Below are positions 18,290 to 28,567 of a stretch of DNA of 64,000 nt, piece after piece. Position 1 is the stretch's first letter, and each line of letters begins with the position of its first letter. The notes beneath the pieces are model-generated. The model saw only the letters and a list, made by a program, of their open reading frames with translations, had not been told where the DNA came from and ran no database searches. Source of the DNA: Candidatus Bathyarchaeia archaeon (GTDB lineage Archaea > Thermoproteota > Bathyarchaeia > Bathyarchaeales > Bathycorpusculaceae); assembly GCA_038882955.1 (NCBI GenBank), contig JAVZNC010000001.1:32001-96000 (forward strand), written 5' to 3'. Position numbers and translations under genes: made by a program.

Positions 18290-18413
18290 AGCTCATCAAA
18301 ATGTATTGCGTGCTGGTTAAATATGCGGTTTGCCCCTTCCACCGTAAAGTATATTTCTCTAGAAACATGATTAATGCCTTCAAGTTCGGAAAAGCAAAAG
18401 CGAGAATTAAACC

Positions 18414-19115
18414 ATGAAGGTTAAGGCTGTCATCTTCGACCTGGACGGAACAATCGCAAAATTTAACATAGACTACAGGGCGGTTAGGGCTGAAGTTCGA
18501 AGTTTACTAATAAGGGCGGGAATGCCAGCATCAACGCTTTCCACAAACGAAAGCATATTCGAAATGTTGAAGAAAACCGAAATCTTCATGAAAAACAATG
18601 GACAGAATGAAAAGGCTATTGCCCAAATCCGCAGTGAAGCACTAGAAATAGCGGAAAAACACGAGTTGGAAGCCGCCAAATACACAACTCCATTTCCAGG
18701 AGTAAAAGAAACATTGAAAGCGTTAAAGGATATGAGCTTAAAGCTTGGATTATGCACAATAAACAGCGAAAAATCCACAGAGTACATACTAAAAAGGTTT
18801 AGAATAAGCGAATTTTTCGATGCATTAACTCCGAGGGACAAAGTGAAAAATGTTAAGCCAAACACGGAGCACCTCGAAGCTACATTAAAAACGTTAGGCG
18901 TTAAGCCTCAAGAAACTGTAGTTGTCGGCGACGGCGCAAACGACATGAAATGTGCAAGAGATTTAGGCGCCATAGCCGTGGGCATACCGACTGGCGTTTC
19001 AAGTCCAAAAGAACTGATAAGCTCTGGAGCGAACTACATGATAACCTCAATAACGGACTTGCCCACGTTAATAGGATACATAAACAAAAGCATGGAAGAA
19101 AAAAGCGAAAATTAG
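18414..19115 (+). CDS. HAD-superfamily hydrolase (phosphoglycolate phosphatase-like)
   Basis: FDLDGT, KP and VGDGAND motifs. Confidence 0.9.
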   Translation: MKVKAVIFDLDGTIAKFNIDYRAVRAEVRSLLIRAGMPASTLSTNESIFEMLKKTEIFMKNNGQNEKAIAQIRSEALEIAEKHELEAAKYTTPFPGVKETLKALKDMSLKLGLCTINSEKSTEYILKRFRISEFFDALTPRDKVKNVKPNTEHLEATLKTLGVKPQETVVVGDGANDMKCARDLGAIAVGIPTGVSSPKELISSGANYMITSITDLPTLIGYINKSMEEKSEN

Positions 19116-19516
19116 GCTGGTTTAAAGAAGTATCTGGGCCATTGGGGCCATTCTTGTGTTGCTGCGCATGTGCCAAAATCTATCGTTAATGGCATTCCGA
19201 TCTTTATCTGTTCTATGGCGACTCCTCTAATCATTCCTGGAATTTTCACGCCGTTTTCCAGCTCAACTATGCCAACAGCGTATGGAGCCATCCCCTGAAA
19301 CTGTGTCGGAGCCACGTAAATAACCGTATATGTTAAGAGTTTGCCTTTCTGTGGAAGTTCAACCCACTCGAAATCTTTTGAGTAGCATTTGTCGCATAGG
19401 GGTCTTGGCGGTAGATGAATTTTTCCGCATTGTTTGCATTTGCCGCCCATAAGCTTTCCTTGTAGAACATGCCTATAGAACTGTTCGATTGTGAACTGTG
19501 AGGTTTGCTCGCTCAT
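19112..19516 (-). CDS. DUF35 Zn-ribbon/OB-fold protein (thiolase partner)
   Basis: CKQCG..HLPPRPLCDKC, GKLLTYTVI and PYAVGIVEL. Confidence 0.92.
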   Translation of the reverse strand: MSEQTSQFTIEQFYRHVLQGKLMGGKCKQCGKIHLPPRPLCDKCYSKDFEWVELPQKGKLLTYTVIYVAPTQFQGMAPYAVGIVELENGVKIPGMIRGVAIEQIKIGMPLTIDFGTCAATQEWPQWPRYFFKPA

Positions 19517-19520
19517 CTTT

Positions 19521-20693
19521 TTAACCTCTCCTATAAATGTGAACTGCCGCTGTGGCGCCCGAACCTCCCACATTATGCGTTAGCCCTATCTCCGCATCTT
19601 TAACCTGCCTCTTCCCCGCTTGCCCAGTCAACTGCAAATAAACCTCATACGCTTGGGCTGTTCCAGTTGCGCCTACTGGATGTCCCTTCGCTTTTAATCC
19701 GCCGCTTGTGTTTACTGGAATTTTTCCGCCGAGTTTGGTTTCTCCACTTTCAGCTAGGGCGCCGCCTTCGCCTGGACTGCAGAATCCAAGGTCTTCGTAG
19801 GCTATTATTTCGGCTATTGTGAAGCAGTCGTGGATTTCAGCCACATCCATGTCTTCTGGCTTCAAGCCAGCCATTTCGTAGGCTTGTTTTGCCGCAAATT
19901 TGGCTGCTCTAAGCGACGTGAATTCTTCTCTTTCATACATGCCTATCGTTTCACTTGCTTGTCCACTCCCAATAATGTGAACTGGCGTGTCCGTGTATTT
20001 TTTGGCAAGCTCTGGCTTTGTTAGGATTAAACAGCTTGCGCCGTCGGTAATTAGGGAACAGTCGTAAAGTTTTAGGGGCCAAGCGATGACGCGCGAAGAC
20101 AAGGCAGTTTCAAGAGTTATTTCCTTCCGCATATGCGCTTTCGGGTTTAGACTCCCATGATAATGGTTTTTTACGGCCACATGTGCCAACTGCTCTTCTG
20201 TTGTGCCATATTTGTGCATGTGCGCCGTAGCCATCAAAGCAAACAAACCTGGAAAAGTTATGCCATGCCACTGCTCAAAGGGAAAATCAGAAGCCATAGC
20301 CAAATATTCCGTAACTTCAGGCGTTGTGCGGTGAGTCATCTTTTCAACGCCGCCAACCATTACGATGTCGCATAAACCAGAAAGAACAGCGTATATGGCT
20401 GCTCTTAATGCGGCTCCAGAAGAGGCGCATGCCGCTTCGGTTCTTGTTGCTGGTATATGCAGCAGTCCAGCCCAGTCCGCGGCCGTGGCGCCAGTATGCC
20501 CCTGATGCTCGTAGGATTCGCCCATGTGGCCAACGAAAAGGGCTTGAATATCCTTTTTGGGGTCTAGGTTTGGGCAGCGTTCAAACGCCTCTTTTGCTGC
20601 TTCCGCGAAGAGTTCTCTGGCGTATAAGCCTTCGCGTTTTCCAAATTTCGATAATCCAGCAGAAACAATTGAAACTAGGGGTTCGCCCTTCAA
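19521..20693 (-). CDS. Thiolase (archaeal acetyl-CoA C-acyltransferase, SCP2-type)
   Basis: EAACASSG (Cys), EIHDCF, KGHPVGATG and THNVGG; likely TTG start after AAGGAG. Confidence 0.93.
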   Translation of the reverse strand: MKGEPLVSIVSAGLSKFGKREGLYARELFAEAAKEAFERCPNLDPKKDIQALFVGHMGESYEHQGHTGATAADWAGLLHIPATRTEAACASSGAALRAAIYAVLSGLCDIVMVGGVEKMTHRTTPEVTEYLAMASDFPFEQWHGITFPGLFALMATAHMHKYGTTEEQLAHVAVKNHYHGSLNPKAHMRKEITLETALSSRVIAWPLKLYDCSLITDGASCLILTKPELAKKYTDTPVHIIGSGQASETIGMYEREEFTSLRAAKFAAKQAYEMAGLKPEDMDVAEIHDCFTIAEIIAYEDLGFCSPGEGGALAESGETKLGGKIPVNTSGGLKAKGHPVGATGTAQAYEVYLQLTGQAGKRQVKDAEIGLTHNVGGSGATAAVHIYRRG

Positions 20694-20834
20694 TGGGGTT
20701 TTCTCCTTCATTGGCATGTTAATGTAGAAAACTAAATATTGTTGGTACAAATATTTAAATGTGTTAACCAGTCTTCAGCCGTTTTCACGAGGAAAATTAA
20801 AAATAGGGGTTTGATCTGGAATTAAACCTTCAAA

Positions 20835-21521
20835 CTATTTTTGTCCGAAGGTTTTTCTAACCCAAGCCAATGTTTTTTCCATGTCTTCCCTGAAACGTTT
20901 AAGTTCTTCTGGAGTTCTTTTTGGCGGTTTAGGCTCTTCTGCTGGAGTTGCATAAACGTCGAGGAGGTCGCCTTTAGGCTGCTTCTCGATGTGTATGTTC
21001 ACTTTTAGGCCTATGTTCACTTTTTCCGGGTCAATGTTCCGCATTGTCATAGGCAAGCACGTGTTTGTTCCCTCTATGCGAACCATAGCGCCAACAAGCG
21101 GCTGCAGATGCGCCATTGAAGGCCAAGCAATAGCCATAACAGTGTACGAGTAAACTTCGCCTCTCTTTGGAAGCTCAATCCAAACCGTTTCCTGAAGCTT
21201 GCACTTTGGGTTGTAACAGTGAGCCCTTGGTGGACAATAGACTAAGCCGCATTTTGGACATTTTGTTCCATAAAGTTTGCCTTCTAAAAGGCCAGTAAAG
21301 AACTTTGAAACTTTGCCGTAGCTGTGATGGTAAAAGACCGCGTGTGGCCTATGCACAATCATAAACTGTTCAGGCTTCAAATCATTAAGCGTAGGCCCAT
21401 CATTCATCTCAACGATTTTCCAGCCTACAGGTCGCCATCCGCCTTCGCGTTCCCACTTCTCCCAGTACTTCTCGTCGATCTTCTGTTCTTTCAACACCTT
21501 TTCTGGTCCAGGCTGCTTCAT
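20835..21521 (-). CDS. Extended DUF35 Zn-ribbon/OB-fold protein
   Basis: CPKCG.VYCPPRAHC...C core with long N- and C-terminal extensions. Confidence 0.88.
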   Translation of the reverse strand: MKQPGPEKVLKEQKIDEKYWEKWEREGGWRPVGWKIVEMNDGPTLNDLKPEQFMIVHRPHAVFYHHSYGKVSKFFTGLLEGKLYGTKCPKCGLVYCPPRAHCYNPKCKLQETVWIELPKRGEVYSYTVMAIAWPSMAHLQPLVGAMVRIEGTNTCLPMTMRNIDPEKVNIGLKVNIHIEKQPKGDLLDVYATPAEEPKPPKRTPEELKRFREDMEKTLAWVRKTFGQK

Positions 21522-21524
21522 GGT

Positions 21525-22835
21525 CTATACCTCCAAAACCACGGCGCCTGCTTGGCACCCAGTGCCACCATGGCCATGCACAAAGCCCCGTTTGGGTTTG
21601 CTTAATTGCCTTCCAGGCGCGCCCCACTTTTTACCGATTTGGTTGCTTAATTGCCAATAGACATCAACAACTTGAGCGATTGATGTTGAGCCCACAGCAT
21701 GACCTTGAGCGGTTAAGGCGCCGCTGAGTTGACATGGAAGCTCACCGTCTGGAGCGATTACTCCTTCGCGAAGCAGTTTCTTTCCTTCTCCTCTTTTGCA
21801 GAAGTCGAAGTCTTCGAGAGCGGCTAAAACCACGCCAGCGTACGGGTCGAAGATTTCAACTAGGCTTATTTCTTTTCTCGGATTTTTTATTCCAGCATCT
21901 TTGTAGGCCATTCTTGCAGCTACACGAAGCGAGCCAAAGTTTGTTAAATCGGGATAAGGCGATAGTGGACGCGGAACCTCTTTAGGCCATATCTTCTCAT
22001 CTTCAGGATACAATCCTTTCCACGCAGGGTTGTCTGGGCGGTCTCCAGGCCTCATGGTATCTGTTCCAAAGCCTACGCCAGTTATCCAGACGGGATTGTC
22101 TGTTAATTTCTTTGTCATCTCTTCATTTGCCAAGAGCATGGCGGATGCTCCCTCGCTTGTCATGGCGCATTCAAGGAGTCTGTAGGGCCAAGAGATTAAC
22201 CGTGATTTGTAGACGTCTTCCACTGTTATTTTGCTGAAGCCGTGCTGAGCTGGCCATTGGGCGTATGGGTTGTCGAGTGAGTTGTTGTGGCAGAGAACGG
22301 CGACTTCAGCTAAATCTTCTTCTGTTTCTCCATATACGTGCATTCGCCTAGTTTCGAGCGTGGCGTAAAAAGCGTTGTATGTAAAACCTGAAACGAAGTC
22401 CCAGTCAGTATCACCTGCGATGGCTATTGCCTCGTTGACTTTTTGGATGGGCAGCTCGTTCATTTTTTCCCATCCAACAACAAGAACCACGGGGAACATG
22501 CCCGATCGAATCCACAGAGTTGCATTTACTATTGCGTCGATTGGTGTTGCTCCGCCGGATTCAACGCGGAAGGCGGGTACTCCGCTTAAGCCTAAGTAAT
22601 CGTGGATTATCCAGTGCATGCATTGTTGCTGTTCAAGGATGTCGCTGAAGTAAGAGTAGCAGCACGCGTATCCTTTCTTTATGAAATCTCCAATTTCGAG
22701 GTCTGGTACATCGTCCAGTACCATTTTAACTGCTTCAGCGCACATTTCTTCTTGCAGCGTATGCCTCGGGTTGTCGAATCTTGATATGCCTCCTGCAACT
22801 ATCCCAACTTTTTTCGACAAGTTTCTCCACCTCAT
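21525..22835 (-). CDS. Thiolase-fold protein lacking the nucleophilic Cys
   Basis: RVESGGAT in place of EAAC, EIFDPY in place of EIHDCF; GHAVGST retained. Confidence 0.88.
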   Translation of the reverse strand: MRWRNLSKKVGIVAGGISRFDNPRHTLQEEMCAEAVKMVLDDVPDLEIGDFIKKGYACCYSYFSDILEQQQCMHWIIHDYLGLSGVPAFRVESGGATPIDAIVNATLWIRSGMFPVVLVVGWEKMNELPIQKVNEAIAIAGDTDWDFVSGFTYNAFYATLETRRMHVYGETEEDLAEVAVLCHNNSLDNPYAQWPAQHGFSKITVEDVYKSRLISWPYRLLECAMTSEGASAMLLANEEMTKKLTDNPVWITGVGFGTDTMRPGDRPDNPAWKGLYPEDEKIWPKEVPRPLSPYPDLTNFGSLRVAARMAYKDAGIKNPRKEISLVEIFDPYAGVVLAALEDFDFCKRGEGKKLLREGVIAPDGELPCQLSGALTAQGHAVGSTSIAQVVDVYWQLSNQIGKKWGAPGRQLSKPKRGFVHGHGGTGCQAGAVVLEV

Positions 22836-22947
22836 TTATGAAGGGTAGCTATTGATTAAGTGGGTATAAGATTTTTGTGGAAAAATGATCCCAAAATTAT
22901 GGACACTTTAAGAATCTTTTTATAACGTCTAACACCAATTTCAATGC

Positions 22948-24042
22948 ATGCAAATACTGAAATTAGCCACAGCTTTACCGAAAAATGCACATTCGACGGA
23001 AAAGCTTTTAGAAGCATTTCCGTGTCAGCTTCCCGAAGGCGTAAGACAAAACGTGCTTAACTTAGGAGTTCTAAGGCGCTACCTTATCAACAATGCCAAT
23101 TCGGAAACTGAATTGATTGAACTTTGCGTGGAAGCATGCCATAAAGCTATCCAAAAGGTTGGCATACCGACTAGAAAAATTGGATTTATCATCGCGGCTT
23201 ATGATGCAAATCCATTTTTAAGTCCAGGTTTAAGTCAACTTCTCATTCGCAGCATAGGCTTTAACCCTTACATTAGGCATGTTAACGTTCAAGGAATAGC
23301 CAGCACAGCGTTTCCAAAAACACTAGAGGTTGCGGAAAACTATCTTGCTGTTCACCCCAAAGATTGTGTCTTAATATGTGTTTCTGGAGTGAGCTCCTAC
23401 TGGTTCCAAAATCAGATTCGCGGCATAAAAGATGTTATGGACATCAGCCAAATACGCCAAATAAAAGATAAAGTCAAACAGCAAATGGAACTGCAAAAAT
23501 GGATTGCAGTTATGGAGTATTTCCTTTTCGGAGACGGCGTAGCCGCCGCAGTTGTGGCGAATTATGATGAAGGCTTAGCTTTTAAGAAAAGTGTTGAAGT
23601 CACAAACTTGGGTAAAAGGGATTACTTGGCTGGCTACGCTAGAATTTTGGCATCGAACGAGCCTTTCAAGTTTGGCTTTTGCTCGTATTTAGACAAGGAA
23701 ATCCCGCAGCTTGGAGTCAAATACACTGGTTTAGCCCTCAAAAAACTTCTCGGAAAGAACATGAAAGAAACGATTAAAGCTGCAAAGAAATTGGCAATTC
23801 ACACTGGAAGCGAAAAAATCCTAAAGGCTATGGCAGAACATCATGAAATTGAACATGAAAAACTAAGGGAATCATATGAAGTGCTTAGGGAATACGGTAA
23901 CTTGGCGGGCGCAAGCTTGCCCTTTATTCTTGAAAGGATAATTTCACACAACAAATTAGGTGATGGCGACATAATTCTGATGCTAGGGTACGGGTGGGGC
24001 TTTTCAGCTTCTGCCGCCCTATTAGAATTCAAAACAATGTAG
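22948..24042 (+). CDS. Type III PKS/KAS III-like condensing-fold enzyme with Ser at the catalytic Cys position
   Basis: LFGDGVAAAV, AIHTGS (His), YGNLAGAS (Asn) and LGYGWGF; QGIAST where G.GC is expected. Confidence 0.8.
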   Translation: MQILKLATALPKNAHSTEKLLEAFPCQLPEGVRQNVLNLGVLRRYLINNANSETELIELCVEACHKAIQKVGIPTRKIGFIIAAYDANPFLSPGLSQLLIRSIGFNPYIRHVNVQGIASTAFPKTLEVAENYLAVHPKDCVLICVSGVSSYWFQNQIRGIKDVMDISQIRQIKDKVKQQMELQKWIAVMEYFLFGDGVAAAVVANYDEGLAFKKSVEVTNLGKRDYLAGYARILASNEPFKFGFCSYLDKEIPQLGVKYTGLALKKLLGKNMKETIKAAKKLAIHTGSEKILKAMAEHHEIEHEKLRESYEVLREYGNLAGASLPFILERIISHNKLGDGDIILMLGYGWGFSASAALLEFKTM

Positions 24043-24281
24043 GAAAAAATTTCACTTGTATGGCAACGTCAATTTTACAAGTTGAAACTGCGCAAAATTG
24101 GATACCCCCCTCTAGATTTTTCTCCGCCATGAACAGCCTTCGTTAAAAAATCGCCATCCTCCAAACTCATTTTGAATGCACTCTTTCAAATGATTGTTTC
24201 ATGGCTTGTTTGAGAAATAACTTTTTAGGTTTGACGCCGATATTTAGTTCAAAACCAGCCTACAATAGGGGTTGATGCAGC

Positions 24282-25961
24282 ATGTTTGACAAGCAGAAAA
24301 TCGATGAAATAGTCAAAGAAAGGGAACGTTGGGAAAGGACTACTTTGCCAAACTGGATTAGGCAGTGTCCAGAAAGGCAGAAGGAATTTCGCAATCATTC
24401 TGGTATCGAGATAAAGCGCCTTTACACTCCAGAAGACGTTAAGGAAATGGATTATATGCGTGACCTTGGCTTTCCAGGCGAATACCCGTTCACGAGGGGA
24501 TTACACGCAACAATGTATCGTGGGCGATTGTGGACTATGCGCATGTTTGCTGGTTATGGCACAGCCGCGGACACAAACAAGCGCTTCAAATACTTGCTAA
24601 GCGAAGGCGAAACGGGCTTAAGCACGGCTTTCGACTATCCAACGATTATGGGTTATGATTCCGACCACCCCATGGCGAAGGGCGAAGTCGGCGTCTGCGG
24701 AGTAGCCATCTCATCACTGCAGGACATGGAAGTTCTGTTCGACGGCATACCGTTGGACAAGGTTACAACTTCAATGACTATAAATGGTCCAGCGACGGTG
24801 CTGCTTGCGATGTACGTTGCCGTAGGCGACAAGCAAGGAGTTCCTAGGGAAAAGCTTGGCGGGACAACTCAAAACGACAACTTGAAAGAGTTTTTCGCCC
24901 AGAAATTGTGCATTTTTCCGCCGGAGCCTTCGCTTAAGCTTTCAACAGACATAATCGAATACTGCGCTAGGCACCTGCCAAAATGGAACCCAATAAGCAT
25001 AAGTGGCTACCACATACGCGAGGCAGGCGCCACAGCGCTTCAAGAGTTGGCTTTCACGCTTTATGATGGAATAGCCTACGTCGAATCCACATTAAAGAGA
25101 AGCTTAAAAGTCGACGACTTCGCCCCGAGACTATCATTCTTCTTCGCTTCACACAATGACTTTTTCGAGGAAATAGCCAAGTTCCGCGCAGCACGACGGT
25201 TATGGGCTAGGATAATGAAGGAGCGCTTCCACGCGAAAAATCCGAGGTCTATGTGGATGCGCATGCATGTGCAAACTTCAGGCTGCACATTAACAGCCCA
25301 GCAGCCACTAAACAATATTGTACGCACCACAATTCAGGCGCTTGCCGCGGTTCTTGGCGGAACCCAATCCCTACACACAAACTCTTTTGACGAAGCCTTA
25401 TGTTTGCCAACAGAGGAGTCCGTAAGAGTTGCCTTGCGAACACAGCAGATAATCGCCTACGAAAGCGGGGTGACAAACACCGTTGACCCGCTTGCAGGCT
25501 CCTATTACGTTGAAGCCTTAACAAACGAGATGGAGGAGAAAGCCATGGAGTACATCCAAAAAATAGACGACATGGGCGGCGTCATACCCGCGATAGAGAA
25601 GGGCTTTTTCCAGAGGGAAATTGCTGACAGCGCGTATAGGTACCAGCGCGAAATTGAGGAGAAAAAGCGCATAATAGTCGGCTTAAACGAGTACACAATT
25701 GAAGAGGAATGTCCAATAGAACTTTTGAGGGTGGACCCGAAGGTTGAGGAAGAGCAAGTTGAAAGGCTGCAAAAGCTAAAAAGGGAAAGGGATAACAGAA
25801 AAGTTAAGGAAGTCCTTGAAAAACTTCATTACGCGGCACAGAAGGATGAAAACCTCATGCCGACAATAATTGAGGCTGTGAAAGCCTACGCCACCTTAGG
25901 CGAAATAACGGATGTGCTGCGCAAAGTTTACGGAGAATATAAAGAATTAATACTAATCTAA
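24282..25961 (+). CDS. B12-dependent acyl-CoA mutase large subunit, isobutyryl-CoA mutase-like
   Basis: [17 protein letters not shown] (Phe at the MCM Tyr89 position), KEFFAQK (Gln at the MCM Arg207 position), SISGYHIRE. Confidence 0.93.
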   Translation: MFDKQKIDEIVKERERWERTTLPNWIRQCPERQKEFRNHSGIEIKRLYTPEDVKEMDYMRDLGFPGEYPFTRGLHATMYRGRLWTMRMFAGYGTAADTNKRFKYLLSEGETGLSTAFDYPTIMGYDSDHPMAKGEVGVCGVAISSLQDMEVLFDGIPLDKVTTSMTINGPATVLLAMYVAVGDKQGVPREKLGGTTQNDNLKEFFAQKLCIFPPEPSLKLSTDIIEYCARHLPKWNPISISGYHIREAGATALQELAFTLYDGIAYVESTLKRSLKVDDFAPRLSFFFASHNDFFEEIAKFRAARRLWARIMKERFHAKNPRSMWMRMHVQTSGCTLTAQQPLNNIVRTTIQALAAVLGGTQSLHTNSFDEALCLPTEESVRVALRTQQIIAYESGVTNTVDPLAGSYYVEALTNEMEEKAMEYIQKIDDMGGVIPAIEKGFFQREIADSAYRYQREIEEKKRIIVGLNEYTIEEECPIELLRVDPKVEEEQVERLQKLKRERDNRKVKEVLEKLHYAAQKDENLMPTIIEAVKAYATLGEITDVLRKVYGEYKELILI

Positions 25962-25965
25962 ATGG

Positions 25966-26379
25966 TTGGTGAAAGCCATGCGAAAGAAAATTAGAGTATT
26001 AGTCGCAAAGCCTGGTTTGGACAGCCACGACAGAGGAGCAAAAGTTGTGGCAAGAGCCTTAAGGGACGCTGGGATGGAAGTAATATACACTGGTTTGAGG
26101 CAGACTCCAGAACAAATAGTTGAGGCAGCACTGCAAGAGGACGTTGACGTGATAGGTTTGAGTATACTCTCTGGAGCGCATAAGGCGCTTTTCCCAAAAA
26201 TAATGCAACTGCTAAAAGAGAAGGGCTTAACAGACGTCCTTGTTTTCGCGGGCGGAATAATTCCAGAAGAGGACATACCGGAGCTGAAGAAGATAGGGAT
26301 TAAGGAGGTTTTTGGTCCAGGAACTCCAACGGAAAAGATAATTCAGTGCATTTTGGATTACTGTTCAAAAAGAGCCTAA
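25966..26379 (+). CDS. Cobalamin-binding small subunit of the acyl-CoA mutase
   Basis: [10 protein letters not shown] (DxHxxG), GLSILSG and GGII. Confidence 0.95.
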   Translation: MVKAMRKKIRVLVAKPGLDSHDRGAKVVARALRDAGMEVIYTGLRQTPEQIVEAALQEDVDVIGLSILSGAHKALFPKIMQLLKEKGLTDVLVFAGGIIPEEDIPELKKIGIKEVFGPGTPTEKIIQCILDYCSKRA

Positions 26380-26392
26380 AGATGTGTAGCAA

Positions 26393-27346
26393 TTGATAAG
26401 AACAGAAGAGATAGTCAAGGGCGTCCTATCTGGCGACAGAAGAAGCATAGCAAAGGCAATAACAATAATTGAAAACAACGAGCCACAGGCAAAAGAAATA
26501 ATTGCCACTATTTATCCGCACACTGGGAAAGCCCACGTGATAGGATTAACGGGTCCAGGTGGTTCTGGCAAAAGCACACTGATAGAAAAGATTGTTTGCG
26601 AGTATAGGCGGATGGGTAGGAAAGTTGGCGTCGTCGCCGTTGACCCTACAAGCCCGTTCACTGGCGGAGCGTTTCTAGGCGACAGAATTAGGATGCAAGA
26701 GTTAAGCACCGACCCGGAAGTCTTCATTAGAAGCATGGCTACACGCAACTATTCTGGCGGAATCGCGAAGGCGACAAGCGACGCCGTGAAAGTCTTGGAT
26801 GCCGCTGGAAAAGACGTGGTTATCGTGGAAACAGTCGGCGCTGGACAATCTGAAGTTGAAATTGTGAAGGTAGCACAAACCATAGTGGTCATACATGCTC
26901 CTGGACTTGGAGACGAGATACAGGCGATAAAGGCTGGTTTGATGGAGATAGCCGACATATTCGTTGTTAACAAGGCTGATAGAGAGAATGCCGACAAAGC
27001 CGTCATCGACATTCAAGCAATGTTACAGTTAAACAATAAGGAAAAAGCTTGGCGAATCCCAATAGTGAAAACAGTTGCGCTCACTGGAGAAGGTGTCCCA
27101 GAGCTAATTGAAAAACTTGAAGAGCACAAAAAATTTTTGGAAACGGAGAAACAGCGCGAAAAAGCCCTGTTAAAGGCTGAAGCGGAACTTGTAGAGGCGA
27201 TTAAGGATAAAGTTGCCCAGTCAATAGTTGAAGAGCTGAAAAAAGAAGGAAAATTTGAGGAACTGCTTGAAAAAATCGTTAAGAAGGAAATAGACCCAGC
27301 ATCAGCCGCTGAAAAGTTTCTTCGAGAAAAGCTGAGGAAGGCGTAA
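26393..27346 (+). CDS. meaB: MeaB/ArgK mutase-associated GTPase chaperone
   Basis: GPGGSGKST, AVDPTSP.TGGAFLGDRIRM, ETVGAGQSE and NKAD. Confidence 0.95.
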   Translation: MIRTEEIVKGVLSGDRRSIAKAITIIENNEPQAKEIIATIYPHTGKAHVIGLTGPGGSGKSTLIEKIVCEYRRMGRKVGVVAVDPTSPFTGGAFLGDRIRMQELSTDPEVFIRSMATRNYSGGIAKATSDAVKVLDAAGKDVVIVETVGAGQSEVEIVKVAQTIVVIHAPGLGDEIQAIKAGLMEIADIFVVNKADRENADKAVIDIQAMLQLNNKEKAWRIPIVKTVALTGEGVPELIEKLEEHKKFLETEKQREKALLKAEAELVEAIKDKVAQSIVEELKKEGKFEELLEKIVKKEIDPASAAEKFLREKLRKA

Positions 27347-27353
27347 ACCAGAA

Positions 27354-27881
27354 ATGGGCAAGCTTGAGAAGGGACTTGTTCAAGTTTACACTGGGAATGG
27401 GAAGGGCAAAACAACAGCGGCTTTCGGCTTAGCCCTAAGAGCCATAGGAAGAGGCTTAAAAGTTTACGTTATACAGTTCATTAAGGGCGGATTCGATTAT
27501 GGCGAGCTCTACATTGCTGATAAACTGCCAAACCTCACATTGAAAGCCTTTGGGATGGGCAAGTTTATAATGGAAAAGCCTTCCGCGGAGGACATTAAAA
27601 GCGCCGAGGAAGCCTTGTCGCTGGCTGAAGCAGTTGTGAAAAGCGGGGAATACGACATAGTGATTTTGGACGAGATAAATGTTGCATTAAAATTGAAGCT
27701 GATAAGCCTTGAAAGGGTTCTAAAGCTGATAAAAGGCAAGCCGAAACACGTTGAACTGGTGTTGACTGGAAGATACTCTCCAAACGAGATAATAGAAGCA
27801 GCGGACTTGGTCACAGAAATGAGGGAGGTCAAGCACCCATACAATAAGGGGTACCAAGCCAGAAAAGGAATAGAATTTTAA
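27354..27881 (+). CDS. cobO: Cob(I)alamin adenosyltransferase (CobA/BtuR type)
   Basis: YTGNGKGKTTAA, QFIKG, LDEI, LTGR and ADLVTEM..KHP. Confidence 0.95.
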   Translation: MGKLEKGLVQVYTGNGKGKTTAAFGLALRAIGRGLKVYVIQFIKGGFDYGELYIADKLPNLTLKAFGMGKFIMEKPSAEDIKSAEEALSLAEAVVKSGEYDIVILDEINVALKLKLISLERVLKLIKGKPKHVELVLTGRYSPNEIIEAADLVTEMREVKHPYNKGYQARKGIEF

Positions 27882-27890
27882 ATATAAGCG

Positions 27891-28523
27891 TTAAAAGCGC
27901 TTTCTCAAAAGTTTTCTAAAAAGGTTAATTCTCTTTTTTGATGTTAGAGCTTGTTGAAATTCTGGCTTGTACGGGTGCATTTCGCTTTCTAGAAGTTCCG
28001 CCAGCCTCGCGTAGTAAGCTTCAAACTCTTTCATATTGTTGCTTTTAAATTTGAATATTGGAACGCCCACTGGTGGCGTCTCCCACCGTTCATCCCAAGT
28101 AGCGACTGGCGTGGCGTCTCCGAAAAGCGCTATATTTCTTTCAATTATGACTTCCCTATCAACGTTGAAGAGAACAACCAAGCGGTTCACATTTTTGACA
28201 TTCGTCATCAGCAAAAAAGCGCGGGTCACGTTATCTGGCGCTGTTGAATCTATGACGACGCTGTAGCCCTTCTTCAACAAGTAATCGCGTAACTGAGCAA
28301 TTATCGAGTAAACGAGAAACTCGTCTCTGCATGGAGGCGCCTCGTTAAAAAGCATTGTTCTTAATTCGTCCACGCCTATCCGCGCAAACTTCTTGTTTTC
28401 CGCAACCAAACGGTTGGCAAGCATGGTCTTTCCAGACTTTGGATAACCACTAAGCACGATGTTCCACAAACCCTTGACAGCGCTCATACGTATCACCACT
28501 TCAAGTTTACCACTTACATGCAA
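27891..28523 (-). CDS. P-loop kinase-like protein (AAA_33 type)
   Basis: GYPKSGKT, D.LR and VVIDST. Confidence 0.8.
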   Translation of the reverse strand: MHVSGKLEVVIRMSAVKGLWNIVLSGYPKSGKTMLANRLVAENKKFARIGVDELRTMLFNEAPPCRDEFLVYSIIAQLRDYLLKKGYSVVIDSTAPDNVTRAFLLMTNVKNVNRLVVLFNVDREVIIERNIALFGDATPVATWDERWETPPVGVPIFKFKSNNMKEFEAYYARLAELLESEMHPYKPEFQQALTSKKRINLFRKLLRKRF

Positions 28524-28567
28524 ATAAGAATAACATCATCAGCAAGGTTTTTCTCAAACAAAAACAT

